Part shown: piece after piece, positions 49,037 through 59,255 of the stretch
How positions within the stretch are numbered: position 1 is the first letter of the stretch
How the letters are laid out: the number at the start of each line of letters is the position of its first letter
Assembly: GCA_965221695.1 (NCBI GenBank)
Contig: OZ244905.1
Coordinates: forward strand, 2,080,001 to 2,144,000
From: Gammaproteobacteria bacterium
GTDB lineage: Bacteria; Pseudomonadota; Gammaproteobacteria; Eutrophobiales; Eutrophobiaceae
Reading direction: 5' to 3'
Length of the DNA stretch: 64,000 bases
Notes under the pieces: model-generated
What the model saw: only the letters and a program-made list of their open reading frames with translations
The model's database searches: none
Told to the model about the DNA's origin: nothing
Made by a program: the position numbers and the translations under genes

Positions 49037-52000
49037 GCCTTTCCAGTGGAGCATTTGAGTCGTTGAACGAACACTGGGCGATTGACGCCATCGGTTCGGA
49101 TGAGATCTTGCGCACGGATGCTCTCGTTCGCGAGCGTCTGGCACAGCGAGCGGTCGGCAGACAGATCAGCTTCTCGTTCACTGAGAACCAGGAAGATGAA
49201 GCAGTTCTGGAACGTGTCGCACTTGCTTATGAGTTGGCTGCCATCGAGGGTATTGATGAGCTGAGCCGTCCGGCTGGAGAGAACCAGCGTATTCGAGACC
49301 AAGCTGTGGCAGCTTCGTTCCGCGCTTTCGATATTCGCCGACTTCATCCCGTCCCGATGGAGACCCATGAGCGCCTGTTCTTTGTACTTCATCTTTCTGC
49401 CCTTGCTTATTGTGGGGATCGCTGGTCCGACTTGCGGCGCTGGTACAGAGATAATGGGCAATCGTTAAGCGCGCCGAGCGTTGCTGATACGGATTGGGAC
49501 CAGAGACTGCTCTACAGGCTGTTCGACTGCTGGGTGCGCTTGTTTCGCAAGGATGGTTGGGACGATCTTGATCAAATTCGCGAGATCATCGCCGGCTTGC
49601 GTAACGACCAGAAAATTTACGAAGAACGCCGTCTGAGCAACGGTTCTGAGGCGGTGGATAGAGCGATCGCCTTTCGCCTTGCGGCGCTTTACCATTGGGC
49701 CAAAGCTACTGAGACGCTCGCGGCATATATGTTACAAGGAGATAATGGCGATCCCTTCGGCATTCTGGACAAGCACTTCGAAGCGGGGATCAAGGCAGCG
49801 GCTGCGTCGAGGGATGCGCAACATGAGATGACGCTTCGGTGGCTGCACGCCACCGCGCGCATCATGGTAACGAATTCACTCTGGTGGGCGACGCGCGCGG
49901 TCAATTCACAGACTTCTGACTTTGTGCGCTATATCACTCACCGTGAGCGTCAACCGATGTTCGAGCTATTGCCACCACAACGGGTGGCGCTGGTTGAACA
50001 GGGGTTGCTCGATCAGGCAAAAACAGCAATCGTTATTGACATACCGACCTCCGGTGGGAAAACGCTGCTCGCGCAGTTCCGCATACTTCAAGCATTGAAT
50101 CAGTTTCAGGCTGAACAAGGCTGGGTGGTTTACGTTACACCAACTCGAGCGCTGTCAGCGCAAATCACGAGACGCTTGCGAATGGACTTTGAGCCAATCG
50201 GGTTGCGTGTCGAGCAGTTAACCGCAGCGGTCGAGGTGGACGCTTTTGAGGAAGAACTGCTCACCAACCAGAAACAGCCTTTTGATATTCTTGTCGCGAC
50301 GCCTGAGAAGTTGTCGTTGGTAATCCGAAACAAGAAGGTGGGCCGCCCACTTGCCCTGGTGGTAATGGACGAAGCTCACAATTTAGAAACTGAAAGCCGC
50401 GGGCTACGGATTGAGTTGCTTCTGGCAACGGTAAAGCGTGACTGCCCACAGGCAAATTTTCTCTTACTGATGCCTTATGTCGAGGGATCGGAGTCAGTCG
50501 CTCGCTGGCTGGCGCATGATATCAATGCGGGGCGTGCAATCAGTTTGGGTACCGTTCCGTGGAAACCCAATGAGCGGATTATTGGTCTGTACCGTGCGGT
50601 AGCTGATGATAGCGAACGCGCCGGTTGGCGGCTTGATTTCGAGACCCTGACCGCGACCGAGAAGGCCATGCCGCTTCATGGTACCCATAGAGTGGGAGGC
50701 GTGAAACCTCTCAAGGTGCCAAAGAGCCAGGTTCTCATAAAAGGCACGCAGACAGGATTTGGTTTACAGACGGCAGCGATCGGCGCAGTCATGTCAGCGC
50801 GGGGCACAAGCATCACAGTGGCCAATACTATTCCCACCGTATGGAAAATGGCAGAGGAAGCGGCGCGTAGTCTGCCCGATCTGGACGAAACGCCGGCAGA
50901 CATCCGGTTGGCCCAAGACTTTCTGCGCACGGAGATAAGCGCAGACTTCAAGTTGGTCGGTTTACTCGATAAGGGCGTGGGAGTCCATCACGCTGGACTA
51001 TCTGATGATATCCGGGCACTGATGGAATGGCTTGCGGAAACGGGTAGTCTTCGGATGTTGTGCGCGACATCAACCATCGCGCAAGGGATCAATTTCCCGG
51101 TTTCCTCCGTCTTTCTCTCATCGCGGTTTGTGCCCCAGGGACCGATGTCGGTAGAGGTTTCGCCTAGGGAGTTCTGGAATCTCGCGGGACGCGCAGGCCG
51201 TATCGACCACGATAGTGTCGGCGTGGTCGGTCTTTCTGAAGGGAAGGATCGCGATGCATTAATCGAATTCGTAAGTCGGAACACCGGCGCGCTCGTGTCC
51301 CGTCTCGTGGTGCTGCTGGACAGGCTCGCGGAACAAAAGGGCTTGGCGGGGTTATCGGATATTCTTTGGCAGGATCAGTGGGAGGACTTTCGTTGTTACA
51401 TCGCCCATCTGTGGGCAGAGAAGAAGAACCTAGATGAGGTGCTCGCGGACTCCGAGCAGCTTCTAAGGCAGACCTACGGATACACGTCCATGCGTAACGA
51501 TCCGGCGCAAAGACAAAAGGCGGAAGCATTGCTGGATGCGACGCAAAACTACGCGCGCAAGCTCGCAGAGATTCCCGAGGGCACAGTCGAGCTTGCGGAC
51601 TTGACGGGTTTCTCGCCTGAAGGTGTGCAGGCTGCGTTGGGGGGGATCAACAACCTCGAACGCAAGCTCACCGCTTCCGACTGGGTGCCGGAGAGCCTAT
51701 TCGGCAACGGTGGTAGATTGGCTGATTTGTTCGGTGTTATGTTGAAGGTGCCGCAACTCAAGCAGGATTTGGATAAACTGGCTGGAAAGGGAGTAGACCA
51801 AATCCGCATTTCTGAGATCACAAACGACTGGGTCAATGGAAAAGGACTGGAAGAAATCGCGAGGAAGTATTTCTCGCGTGAGAATAATGACGAGTCTGGG
51901 TTGGACGCTTTGACGGATGCTTGCAGAGCAATCTATCGCACTATCGTCAACAACGGCACATGGGGCGTTTCGGCACTGAGCCAGGTATCGGGGCTCGATT

Positions 52001-52311
52001 TCGACGCTCTGTCGGATGCGGACAATAGACGGATCAATGCGCTTCCTGCAATGATCTATCACGGCGTGAGCAGCGAGGATGCGGTGCTGATGCGCATGAA
52101 TTCCGCTCCGCGCAGCGTGGCAGAAGCACTGGGTAATTTATATCGGGAAATGACAGGCGGTAATGAAGAACGATACTCGGTGGGAGAGGCGCGAGGCTTC
52201 CTCAAGGAACTCGACACCGCCGACTGGGATAAGGTGAGACCGCAAGGCGCGCCGCTGTCGGGAACAGGATATCAGCGAGTGTGGGAGATTCTCTCAGGCG
52301 AGACGAAATGA
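49033..52311 (+). CDS. Ski2-like SF2 helicase, HamB-like
   Basis: PTSGGKT, PTRAL, TPEK, DEAH, HHAGL, TSTIAQGINFP, NLAGRAGR. Confidence 0.85.
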   Translation: MSLSSGAFESLNEHWAIDAIGSDEILRTDALVRERLAQRAVGRQISFSFTENQEDEAVLERVALAYELAAIEGIDELSRPAGENQRIRDQAVAASFRAFDIRRLHPVPMETHERLFFVLHLSALAYCGDRWSDLRRWYRDNGQSLSAPSVADTDWDQRLLYRLFDCWVRLFRKDGWDDLDQIREIIAGLRNDQKIYEERRLSNGSEAVDRAIAFRLAALYHWAKATETLAAYMLQGDNGDPFGILDKHFEAGIKAAAASRDAQHEMTLRWLHATARIMVTNSLWWATRAVNSQTSDFVRYITHRERQPMFELLPPQRVALVEQGLLDQAKTAIVIDIPTSGGKTLLAQFRILQALNQFQAEQGWVVYVTPTRALSAQITRRLRMDFEPIGLRVEQLTAAVEVDAFEEELLTNQKQPFDILVATPEKLSLVIRNKKVGRPLALVVMDEAHNLETESRGLRIELLLATVKRDCPQANFLLLMPYVEGSESVARWLAHDINAGRAISLGTVPWKPNERIIGLYRAVADDSERAGWRLDFETLTATEKAMPLHGTHRVGGVKPLKVPKSQVLIKGTQTGFGLQTAAIGAVMSARGTSITVANTIPTVWKMAEEAARSLPDLDETPADIRLAQDFLRTEISADFKLVGLLDKGVGVHHAGLSDDIRALMEWLAETGSLRMLCATSTIAQGINFPVSSVFLSSRFVPQGPMSVEVSPREFWNLAGRAGRIDHDSVGVVGLSEGKDRDALIEFVSRNTGALVSRLVVLLDRLAEQKGLAGLSDILWQDQWEDFRCYIAHLWAEKKNLDEVLADSEQLLRQTYGYTSMRNDPAQRQKAEALLDATQNYARKLAEIPEGTVELADLTGFSPEGVQAALGGINNLERKLTASDWVPESLFGNGGRLADLFGVMLKVPQLKQDLDKLAGKGVDQIRISEITNDWVNGKGLEEIARKYFSRENNDESGLDALTDACRAIYRTIVNNGTWGVSALSQVSGLDFDALSDADNRRINALPAMIYHGVSSEDAVLMRMNSAPRSVAEALGNLYREMTGGNEERYSVGEARGFLKELDTADWDKVRPQGAPLSGTGYQRVWEILSGETK

Positions 52312-52415
52312 TGGAAGGAGGAAAGCCCATTGCCAGGAAAAGTGTTGTGTTGGAAGAATTAATCTACAAATTTGACTCGGATTGAGCTGACAAAGCCCTG
52401 ATCCATACCTACCGA

Positions 52416-53114
52416 ATGACTATCAATATCAATAAATTGGTCCGTCCCATAGGTATCAAGAACGACAGAATCATCAATTTTGCGGGCTCTGCGTTTGGCT
52501 TGGAAAAGCCAGGACTGATGGTGACTGCTGCGCATATCGTAAGTGATGTGTCTTGCGATCGCATTTTTCTCGAACACGGTAGTGGCCGAAGGGGCAAATC
52601 CAACAGGTTCTGGCAGCCAATATCGGTGGTGGTCCATCCCACTGCAGATATCGCAGTCATGAATTTCGAAGCGGACAATGCTATTCCATTCTTCAAAATA
52701 GCGAAGCCACCCGACGATATCCAAGAGTTTCATTTAGGAACAGAGATCGTGTGCTATGGCTATCCGAGCCGCATTGAAGGACCCAACCTAGTCTCTCTTG
52801 AACCTCGTCTCTTGAGGGGTTACACAGAGAGACGCCTCCTGCCAAGGCAAGGATGGAGAGACAATCTCCATGAAGAGTATGAGCTGAGTTTCTCGTCACC
52901 GCAAGGTTACAGCGGTTCACCAGTTCTCTTGGTGGATGATATGACCACGGTGCTTGCGATGATAACCGGGAATTTAGGATCGGAAAAACTACTCGGCGAA
53001 TTCGAGGAGCATCTCGACAATGGTCATTTGGAAAAAACCATCCTCAAGGAAGTTGTCTCCCACGGTATGGGGCTGGCACTTTGGCCTTTCGCCGATTGGA
53101 TCAGATCACAGTAA
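52416..53114 (+). CDS. Trypsin-like serine protease
   Basis: Triad motifs TAAH, ADIAV, GYSGSP; no signal peptide evident. Confidence 0.85.
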   Translation: MTININKLVRPIGIKNDRIINFAGSAFGLEKPGLMVTAAHIVSDVSCDRIFLEHGSGRRGKSNRFWQPISVVVHPTADIAVMNFEADNAIPFFKIAKPPDDIQEFHLGTEIVCYGYPSRIEGPNLVSLEPRLLRGYTERRLLPRQGWRDNLHEEYELSFSSPQGYSGSPVLLVDDMTTVLAMITGNLGSEKLLGEFEEHLDNGHLEKTILKEVVSHGMGLALWPFADWIRSQ

Positions 53115-53229
53115 CGCGCAGCTCGCGACACAGTAGAAAAAGGACTGCCACTACAGTTTAAAATTGCGCCAGGATTGGGCGCAATTGCGTAAATTCAAGT
53201 TAACCAGAGCCTGGTGGGAAACGCCTTGA

Positions 53230-53500
53230 CTGGCGTGTATCCGGCATACTGATTTACTCGATAGGACTCTCTCAGCTAAACCTACAGCTACCTCGATTTG
53301 TGTTACATAGATTTCATAGTGTAAGCGTTTCCGGATTTCCTCTGTTGAAGTTGTTCGAAAAAAGTTCCAAAGCTTCCATGAGATTGCTGCGCGCCTCATC
53401 CGCTGGGCGCACCCTAGCTTGCGACATCCACCTCGGGACAGAGCGCAACATGACCGTTATCTTTACGCTTAAGAATTGCTGTCCGTTTGTTTGAGCTATT
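53230..53500 (-). pseudogene. Degenerate hicB-hicA TA pair
   Basis: GHVALCPEVDVAS*G...EARSNLMEALELF...EIYVTQIEVAVG, then RVLSSKSVCRI. Confidence 0.65.
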
Positions 53501-53524
53501 TCAATAAGAATAAATCAGGCCTAG

Positions 53525-53740
53525 ACATAGACAAAAAATTGTTGTATATTGCGATTAATATTTAATTTTTATGTTCTGATATCGGAGATATGTATAATTT
53601 CTGTCGCAGCCTCATGCCAAGAAAGATATCAATCGATAATTTCTTTTCGATTAGAGACAAATAGGTTCTTGATCTTGCGGTGCCCAGCAATGTGTCGGAT
53701 TTGCCCGCCTTTGGCACAAAAAAAATATCCGCAACCAGGA
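53525..53740 (+). pseudogene. Diverged copy of the promoter and 5' end of the 56011 ATPase gene
   Basis: Aligns with ~55922-56140; MPRKISIDNFFSIRDK*VLDLAVPSN vs MLRKISIENFYSIKDKQVLDLAVPSN. Confidence 0.85.
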
Positions 53741-53856
53741 TGACAGGCATAAATGAATGATTTATACATTATTATCAGTTTGCTGCCACTCACCTATCAG
53801 CAAATAGGTATTATTTATTCTCAATCGCCTTGTGTAATTATTATCAGGAATACATC

Positions 53857-55743
53857 ATGAAACTAAAGTCTTTTCAAGCATGGAATTACAAAAATATAGA
53901 CGACAGCAACAAAATTACAGTCGAGCCAGACGTAACTTGTTTTGTCGGAAAAAACGAAGCCGGAAAAACAGCACTTTTTCAGGCGCTGTATCGTTTAAAT
54001 CCTGTAACTAATGCTGACTATGACGAAGTGAGGGATTACCCCAGAAAACATCTTGTACAGTATCAACGCGATGTCGGTGCAAAAAAACAATGTATTGCTA
54101 GTGTAGCCGAAGCAATTTTTGAACTAGAAGCCCAAGATATTACTTTGATTACTGATAAATTTGGAGATTGTGTGAAAACAGGAACCCTATTATCAATTAA
54201 AAAAAATTATGCAGGTGAAAAATATATATCGTTCGTTGTAGATGAAACAAAATGGGTTGATCATTATACAAACAATACCCGATTGACTGGGAATGCCGCA
54301 CAGAATGCAAAGGCCGCAGGAAGTCTTGATTCTCTCTTAAATGCTCTTCAAGAATGTGATGATGACACACAAGCTCAAGAATGCTTGAGTTATTTAAATG
54401 AGGTATCAGAAAAAGGCATCTATTTTGAAATTTGGTCAAAATGCTTAGAGCAGCATCTCCCAAAAATATTCTTCTTTGACGATTATCGAATTATGAAAGG
54501 GAAAGCAATATTGAGCGATATTGACAACTCAGAAGATGAAGGTATTGAAACCTTGAGTGATTTACTCGGCCTTGCTGGCATAACACCAGAAGAACTGGAA
54601 GATGATGCAAATTATGATCACCATAAAGCGAAACTAGAAGCCATTGCAAATGAAATCACTGATGATGTATTTCGTTACTGGAAACAAAATTCCTCTCTGG
54701 AAGTCGAATTTGACGTACACAGGTCTGATGAAAATAACTCTCAGAGGGTTTTCCATGTTCGGATCAAGAACAATAAGCATCGTGTAACCGTTCCATTTGA
54801 TGAACGGTCACGTGGGTTTGTCTGGTTCTTCTCATTTATAACTGCCTTTAAAAAATTATCTGAAGATAACGAACACATGATAATCCTACTTGATGAACCT
54901 GGGTTGAATCTTCATGCCAGTGCACAAGCCGATTTGCTGAGATTTATTGATGATGTTCTAGCACCATCCCATCAAGTATTTTATACAACCCATTCACCCT
55001 TTATGGTTGATGCCAATCAGTTAGAGCGCGTGCGAATTGTTGAGGATATCGACAGTCAGGGCGTGAAAGTATCTTCTGAATATTTGAGTGCCGATGACAA
55101 TACAGCATTCCCGTTACAGGCTGCTTTGGGATATAGCTTGGCACAGACGCTGTTTCTAGGTCCAAACTGCCTGCTAGTGGAAGGCCCCTCGGACTTGATA
55201 TACCTGAAAACCATGTCGATGATATTAGCAGAATCTGGAAAAGAATCGCTGAATGAAAAATGGGTTATTACGCCGGTTGGCGGAGCAGACAAGCTGGCTA
55301 CTTTTGTGTCATTAATTGGAGCAAATCAATTAAATATTTGTGTGCTGTTAGATGTTTCTACTCACAGCGCACAACGAATTGGAAATCTCGTAAGAAACAA
55401 ATACTTAAATCCCAATAAAATTATACAGTTAAATAAATTTGTTGATAGAAATGAAGCAGATATTGAAGATTTGTTTACTGTTGAAGAATACCTGTCATTA
55501 GTCAAAATGGCCTATCCATTTACTGCAAAAAGTCTTTCTGAAGAGAGTCTAGAAAACATGCCGCGTATTATAAAAAGAGTTGAAAAATACTTTTTTGAAA
55601 ACTTTCCACAAAACAGATTCGACCATTTTAGCCCAGTGCGAAATGGGGCAACCGAGTTGGGCAAGAATATCAACATCAGTCCTGAAACAATTGACCGCTT
55701 TGAACAGTTGTTCAAACAGATAAATTTAGGAATTACATCATAA
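53857..55743 (+). CDS. OLD-family ATP-dependent nuclease (ABC ATPase + TOPRIM)
   Basis: VGKNEAGKT, RSRGF, LLDEPG..LH, TTHS, LVEGPSD, DIEDLF. Confidence 0.88.
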   Translation: MKLKSFQAWNYKNIDDSNKITVEPDVTCFVGKNEAGKTALFQALYRLNPVTNADYDEVRDYPRKHLVQYQRDVGAKKQCIASVAEAIFELEAQDITLITDKFGDCVKTGTLLSIKKNYAGEKYISFVVDETKWVDHYTNNTRLTGNAAQNAKAAGSLDSLLNALQECDDDTQAQECLSYLNEVSEKGIYFEIWSKCLEQHLPKIFFFDDYRIMKGKAILSDIDNSEDEGIETLSDLLGLAGITPEELEDDANYDHHKAKLEAIANEITDDVFRYWKQNSSLEVEFDVHRSDENNSQRVFHVRIKNNKHRVTVPFDERSRGFVWFFSFITAFKKLSEDNEHMIILLDEPGLNLHASAQADLLRFIDDVLAPSHQVFYTTHSPFMVDANQLERVRIVEDIDSQGVKVSSEYLSADDNTAFPLQAALGYSLAQTLFLGPNCLLVEGPSDLIYLKTMSMILAESGKESLNEKWVITPVGGADKLATFVSLIGANQLNICVLLDVSTHSAQRIGNLVRNKYLNPNKIIQLNKFVDRNEADIEDLFTVEEYLSLVKMAYPFTAKSLSEESLENMPRIIKRVEKYFFENFPQNRFDHFSPVRNGATELGKNINISPETIDRFEQLFKQINLGITS

Positions 55744-56010
55744 TTGACATTTCACTCCTGTACGGCGGGCGTCCAGTCAAATACCGTGCCAACTGAAGGC
55801 TTACCTCCATGAAAACGGGGGACGCCCCTTTGACCACAGGATTCCCCTTCCCCGCACTTACACCATACTGGAACTAGTTTTACGAGAATGGTACAGAGCG
55901 CAGGTTGGTTAACAAGCCTTGATATAGACAAAAAAAAGTCGTATTTGCCGATTAGTATTTAATTATATTATGCTAATATCTCGTGTAAGAATAATTTCTG
56001 TCTTAATGCC

Positions 56011-57231
56011 ATGCTAAGAAAGATATCAATCGAAAACTTCTATTCGATTAAGGACAAACAGGTTCTTGATCTTGCGGTACCTAGCAACGCACCGGATTTG
56101 TCTGCCTTTGGCATAGAAAAAGAAATATCCGCAACTCGGATTCCCAAGGTTGTTTCTATTTTTGGCGCAAATGCCTCGGGGAAAACGACCGTATTGCGTG
56201 CATTGGGGTTTATAAAGTGGTTTTTGACCCAGTCTTTTCATCTGACGCCCACAGATAAACTACCCTTGTTGCCGTTTGCCGATACTGAGGGACAGCATGG
56301 AATCTCGAGGTTTGAAGTAGAATTTGATGGTGATCTGATCGAAGGGGTAAAACCTTGCATATATCGCTACGCTTTGGAGATAAGATGCGGGCCGGGAAAC
56401 AAAAACCCGCTCGTACCAGAGTTTGGGCCGGTTGTTAAATCAGAAAGTTTATCTTTTGCGCCAGAGGGCAAATTCCGCAGGTTGTTCCATCGTACAGGGG
56501 AACAGATAAAGGACTCGCCTGAGTTTAAGGTGAAGGTAAAAGATTATCCGCTTCAAACCTTTCGGGATAATGCCAGCGTGATACCTACACTGGTTCAATA
56601 CGGCCATGTGGTCTCCGGCACCATCAATTCTATGTTGAATACAATTTTCACAAATGTATCCACGCTGCAAAAGTACGATTTCGATGAGAATACGGCTACT
56701 CAGTATTTTGCATCAAACGAAGATATCCTGGAACAATTGAATAGTAAATTAAGAATGTTGGACTTAGGCATCGAACAGGTTTCGATACGTGCGGACAAGA
56801 TTTCTGGAAACGAACTGATGCCCCATTTCAGGCATTCCGGGTTGAATGATGAACTGGCTCTGATTTTTGAATCACAAGGAACTCGAAAATTTTTTTCGCT
56901 GTTTCCCTTTATCAACTATGCGCTTAAAGAAGGAGGGTTAATGGTTCTGGATGAGATTGACAATGATATTCACCCTGTTTTGATGCCGGAGATCATAGGC
57001 TGGTTTCACGATGAACGCACCAATCCGCATAACGCGCAATTATTCATGGCCTGCCACAACGCATCTTTGCTTGACCACCTGGAGAAAGAGGAAATCTATT
57101 TCACTCAGAAAACACCAAATGGCAGAACCCAGGTGTACGGTTTAAAAGACATTGCCGGGGTCAGGAGAGTGGACAACTATTATAAAAAATACCTGGGCGG
57201 CGTGTTCGGCGCCGTGCCGAATATCGGTTGA
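56011..57231 (+). CDS. AAA_21 ATPase (RloA/AbiLi-like)
   Basis: GANASGKT, ESQGT, LDEID..IHP, YL.G.FGAVP C-terminus. Confidence 0.85.
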   Translation: MLRKISIENFYSIKDKQVLDLAVPSNAPDLSAFGIEKEISATRIPKVVSIFGANASGKTTVLRALGFIKWFLTQSFHLTPTDKLPLLPFADTEGQHGISRFEVEFDGDLIEGVKPCIYRYALEIRCGPGNKNPLVPEFGPVVKSESLSFAPEGKFRRLFHRTGEQIKDSPEFKVKVKDYPLQTFRDNASVIPTLVQYGHVVSGTINSMLNTIFTNVSTLQKYDFDENTATQYFASNEDILEQLNSKLRMLDLGIEQVSIRADKISGNELMPHFRHSGLNDELALIFESQGTRKFFSLFPFINYALKEGGLMVLDEIDNDIHPVLMPEIIGWFHDERTNPHNAQLFMACHNASLLDHLEKEEIYFTQKTPNGRTQVYGLKDIAGVRRVDNYYKKYLGGVFGAVPNIG

Positions 57232-57243
57232 GGTTTGCTACCC

Positions 57244-57813
57244 ATGCAGGGAAGAAAGACGCGAAAAAGGATTTTCCTGGGCGTTGAGGGTCTCAGCGAA
57301 AGAAGTTACGGACAATATCTGAGGATGATTGCAGACGAGCACAATTTGCCAATACATATTGATTGTAATTATGTGACCGGAGGAGGAGACCCGTTAAAGA
57401 TTGTCGAAGAATCCATCAAGCGAATGAAACGGAATTCGAAAGCCCGCGGGGGTTACTTTGTAAAAGCCATAATGCTGGATTCGGACAAATTAGGCCAGTC
57501 TATTTATAGAGACAACAAGATAAGACCGCTGGTTGCAAAACATAACGTGAAATTGATCTATAACGAACTGAAGATTGAGGCATTTCTGTTGAGACACTTT
57601 CCCGGATGTGAGAGTAAAAGACCTCCTGCTGATGCGTCCTTTTCCGAGTTGAAAAAAGTCTGGCCAGAGTATTTCAAAAGTATTGATGCCAAGTCGATTT
57701 ATCAATCGCTGGGGGAAGATGGCCTCCTACGGGCTTGTAAGGTAGAAAAAAGTTTGAAGGATTTTCTGGTCAGTATGGGTTTTGGCGGCATCTTTCCTGA
57801 ACTGAGGAATTGA
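57244..57813 (+). CDS. RloB-like TOPRIM-fold protein
   Basis: IFLGVEG.SE..Y, LDSD, IEAFLL.HF. Confidence 0.75.
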   Translation: MQGRKTRKRIFLGVEGLSERSYGQYLRMIADEHNLPIHIDCNYVTGGGDPLKIVEESIKRMKRNSKARGGYFVKAIMLDSDKLGQSIYRDNKIRPLVAKHNVKLIYNELKIEAFLLRHFPGCESKRPPADASFSELKKVWPEYFKSIDAKSIYQSLGEDGLLRACKVEKSLKDFLVSMGFGGIFPELRN

Positions 57814-57917
57814 ACCATTAACATCAAACAGTGTTAGCAACACACACACTACATTTGTCTCGCAAGCCCAATCCGTGTATAATCCGCGTCCCTTTATATT
57901 ATTTAGAGAACATTACC

Positions 57918-58154
57918 ATGTCGCGGGTTTGCCAGGTAACAGGAAAGAGGCCGATGTCGGGGAACAATGTGTCCCACGCCAACAATAAATCCAAGCGGCG
58001 CTTCCTGCCCAACCTGCATGAGCGCAAGTTCTGGGCGGAGAGTGAAAACCGCTGGGTTAAATTGCGGGTCAGCAGCAAGGGGCTGCGCATTATTGACAAG
58101 CTGGGGATTGACCAGGTGCTGGTTGATATTCGGGCGCGCGGCATAAAGGTATAG
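57918..58154 (+). CDS. rpmB: 50S ribosomal protein L28
   Basis: [24 protein letters not shown]. Confidence 0.97.
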   Translation: MSRVCQVTGKRPMSGNNVSHANNKSKRRFLPNLHERKFWAESENRWVKLRVSSKGLRIIDKLGIDQVLVDIRARGIKV

Positions 58155-58163
58155 GAGGACACG

Positions 58164-58331
58164 ATGGCTAACAGCGCGCGCGACAAGATTCGCCTGGTTT
58201 CGTCCGCCGGCACCGGACATTTCTACACCACGACAAAAAACAAGCGGAACATGCCGGACAAGATGGAGATCATGAAATTTGACCCCGTCATCCGCAAACA
58301 CGTGATCTACAAAGAAGGCAAGATCAAGTAG
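58164..58331 (+). CDS. rpmG: 50S ribosomal protein L33
   Basis: [55 protein letters not shown]; not in the ORF track. Confidence 0.97.
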   Translation: MANSARDKIRLVSSAGTGHFYTTTKNKRNMPDKMEIMKFDPVIRKHVIYKEGKIK

Positions 58332-58353
58332 TACCGTATACGCCCCCGGCGCC

Positions 58354-59127
58354 ATGCTGATTGTCATTTCACCTGCGAAGACGCTGGACTTCGAGACGCA
58401 GTCCCGGACGCTGCCGTTTACCATTCCCGATTTCCTTGATGATTCGGCGGAGCTGATCGACGAGCTGCGCGCCTTCGAACCTCACCGGCTGAGTGAGCTG
58501 ATGGGCATCAGCCCGAAGCTGGCCGACCTGAACTCGAATCGCTACCACAACTGGTCGCTGCCGTTTTCCGCCGGCAACGCCAGGCAATCCGTGCTGGCCT
58601 TCAAGGGCGATGTGTATGCCGGGCTGGATGCGGGCAGCCTCAGCGCTGAGGATTTGCAGTTTGCCCAGCAACACCTGCGGATACTCTCCGGCCTGTACGG
58701 CGTCTTGAAACCGCTTGACCTGATGCAGCCTTACCGGCTGGAAATGGGCACGAAACTCAAGACCCGCCGGGGAAAAGACCTGTATGACTTCTGGGACGAC
58801 CGGATAAACCAGACCCTGAACAGGGAGCTGGCCGAGCAGGCCAGCCCGGTGCTGGTGAACCTGGCGTCCAACGAGTATTTCAATTCGGTGCGGCCGAAAC
58901 AACTGGCGGCCCGCATTATCACGCCGGGTTTCAAGGAGGAGAGGAACGGCGAATACAAATTTATCTCGTTCAGCGCCAAAAAGGCGCGCGGCCTGATGAG
59001 CCGTTATATCATCCTGAACCGCCTGTCGGACCCGGAAGACCTCAGAGGTTTCGACCTGGAAGGCTACCGTTATAACGAGTCCCTGTCCGCGGCTGACGCG
59101 CCGGTGTTCACCCGGCGTCGCAATTAG
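58354..59127 (+). CDS. yaaA: Peroxide stress protein YaaA
   Basis: [18 protein letters not shown]...PYRLEMG, NLASNEY, AKKARG. Confidence 0.94.
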   Translation: MLIVISPAKTLDFETQSRTLPFTIPDFLDDSAELIDELRAFEPHRLSELMGISPKLADLNSNRYHNWSLPFSAGNARQSVLAFKGDVYAGLDAGSLSAEDLQFAQQHLRILSGLYGVLKPLDLMQPYRLEMGTKLKTRRGKDLYDFWDDRINQTLNRELAEQASPVLVNLASNEYFNSVRPKQLAARIITPGFKEERNGEYKFISFSAKKARGLMSRYIILNRLSDPEDLRGFDLEGYRYNESLSAADAPVFTRRRN

Positions 59128-59255
59128 GCCGGCTGTTCCATCGGGGGCGGGCTTGAAGTTCGTCCGCGCTGCCGCTACAAACCAACCCGGCTTTTGTCCC
59201 GGCCTTTTCCAATGTCTATACCATGATTTGCATTGAAGCCCACACACCGTAAACC

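Larger units (their letters stand above)
23406..57850. mobile_element. Accessory/defence island between radC and rpmB (boundaries approximate)
   Basis: radC-rpmB-rpmG synteny is interrupted; patchy low GC, defence-type genes, TA remnants, IS21; no integrase seen. Confidence 0.8.

Noticed and set aside
53857-55743. Gabija
   Set aside because: No adjacent UvrD-like GajB gene.
23406-57850. Integron cassette array as the explanation for the island
   Set aside because: Isolated GTTRRRY words occur (e.g. ~46840), but I found no paired attC boxes and no intI; genes lie on both strands.
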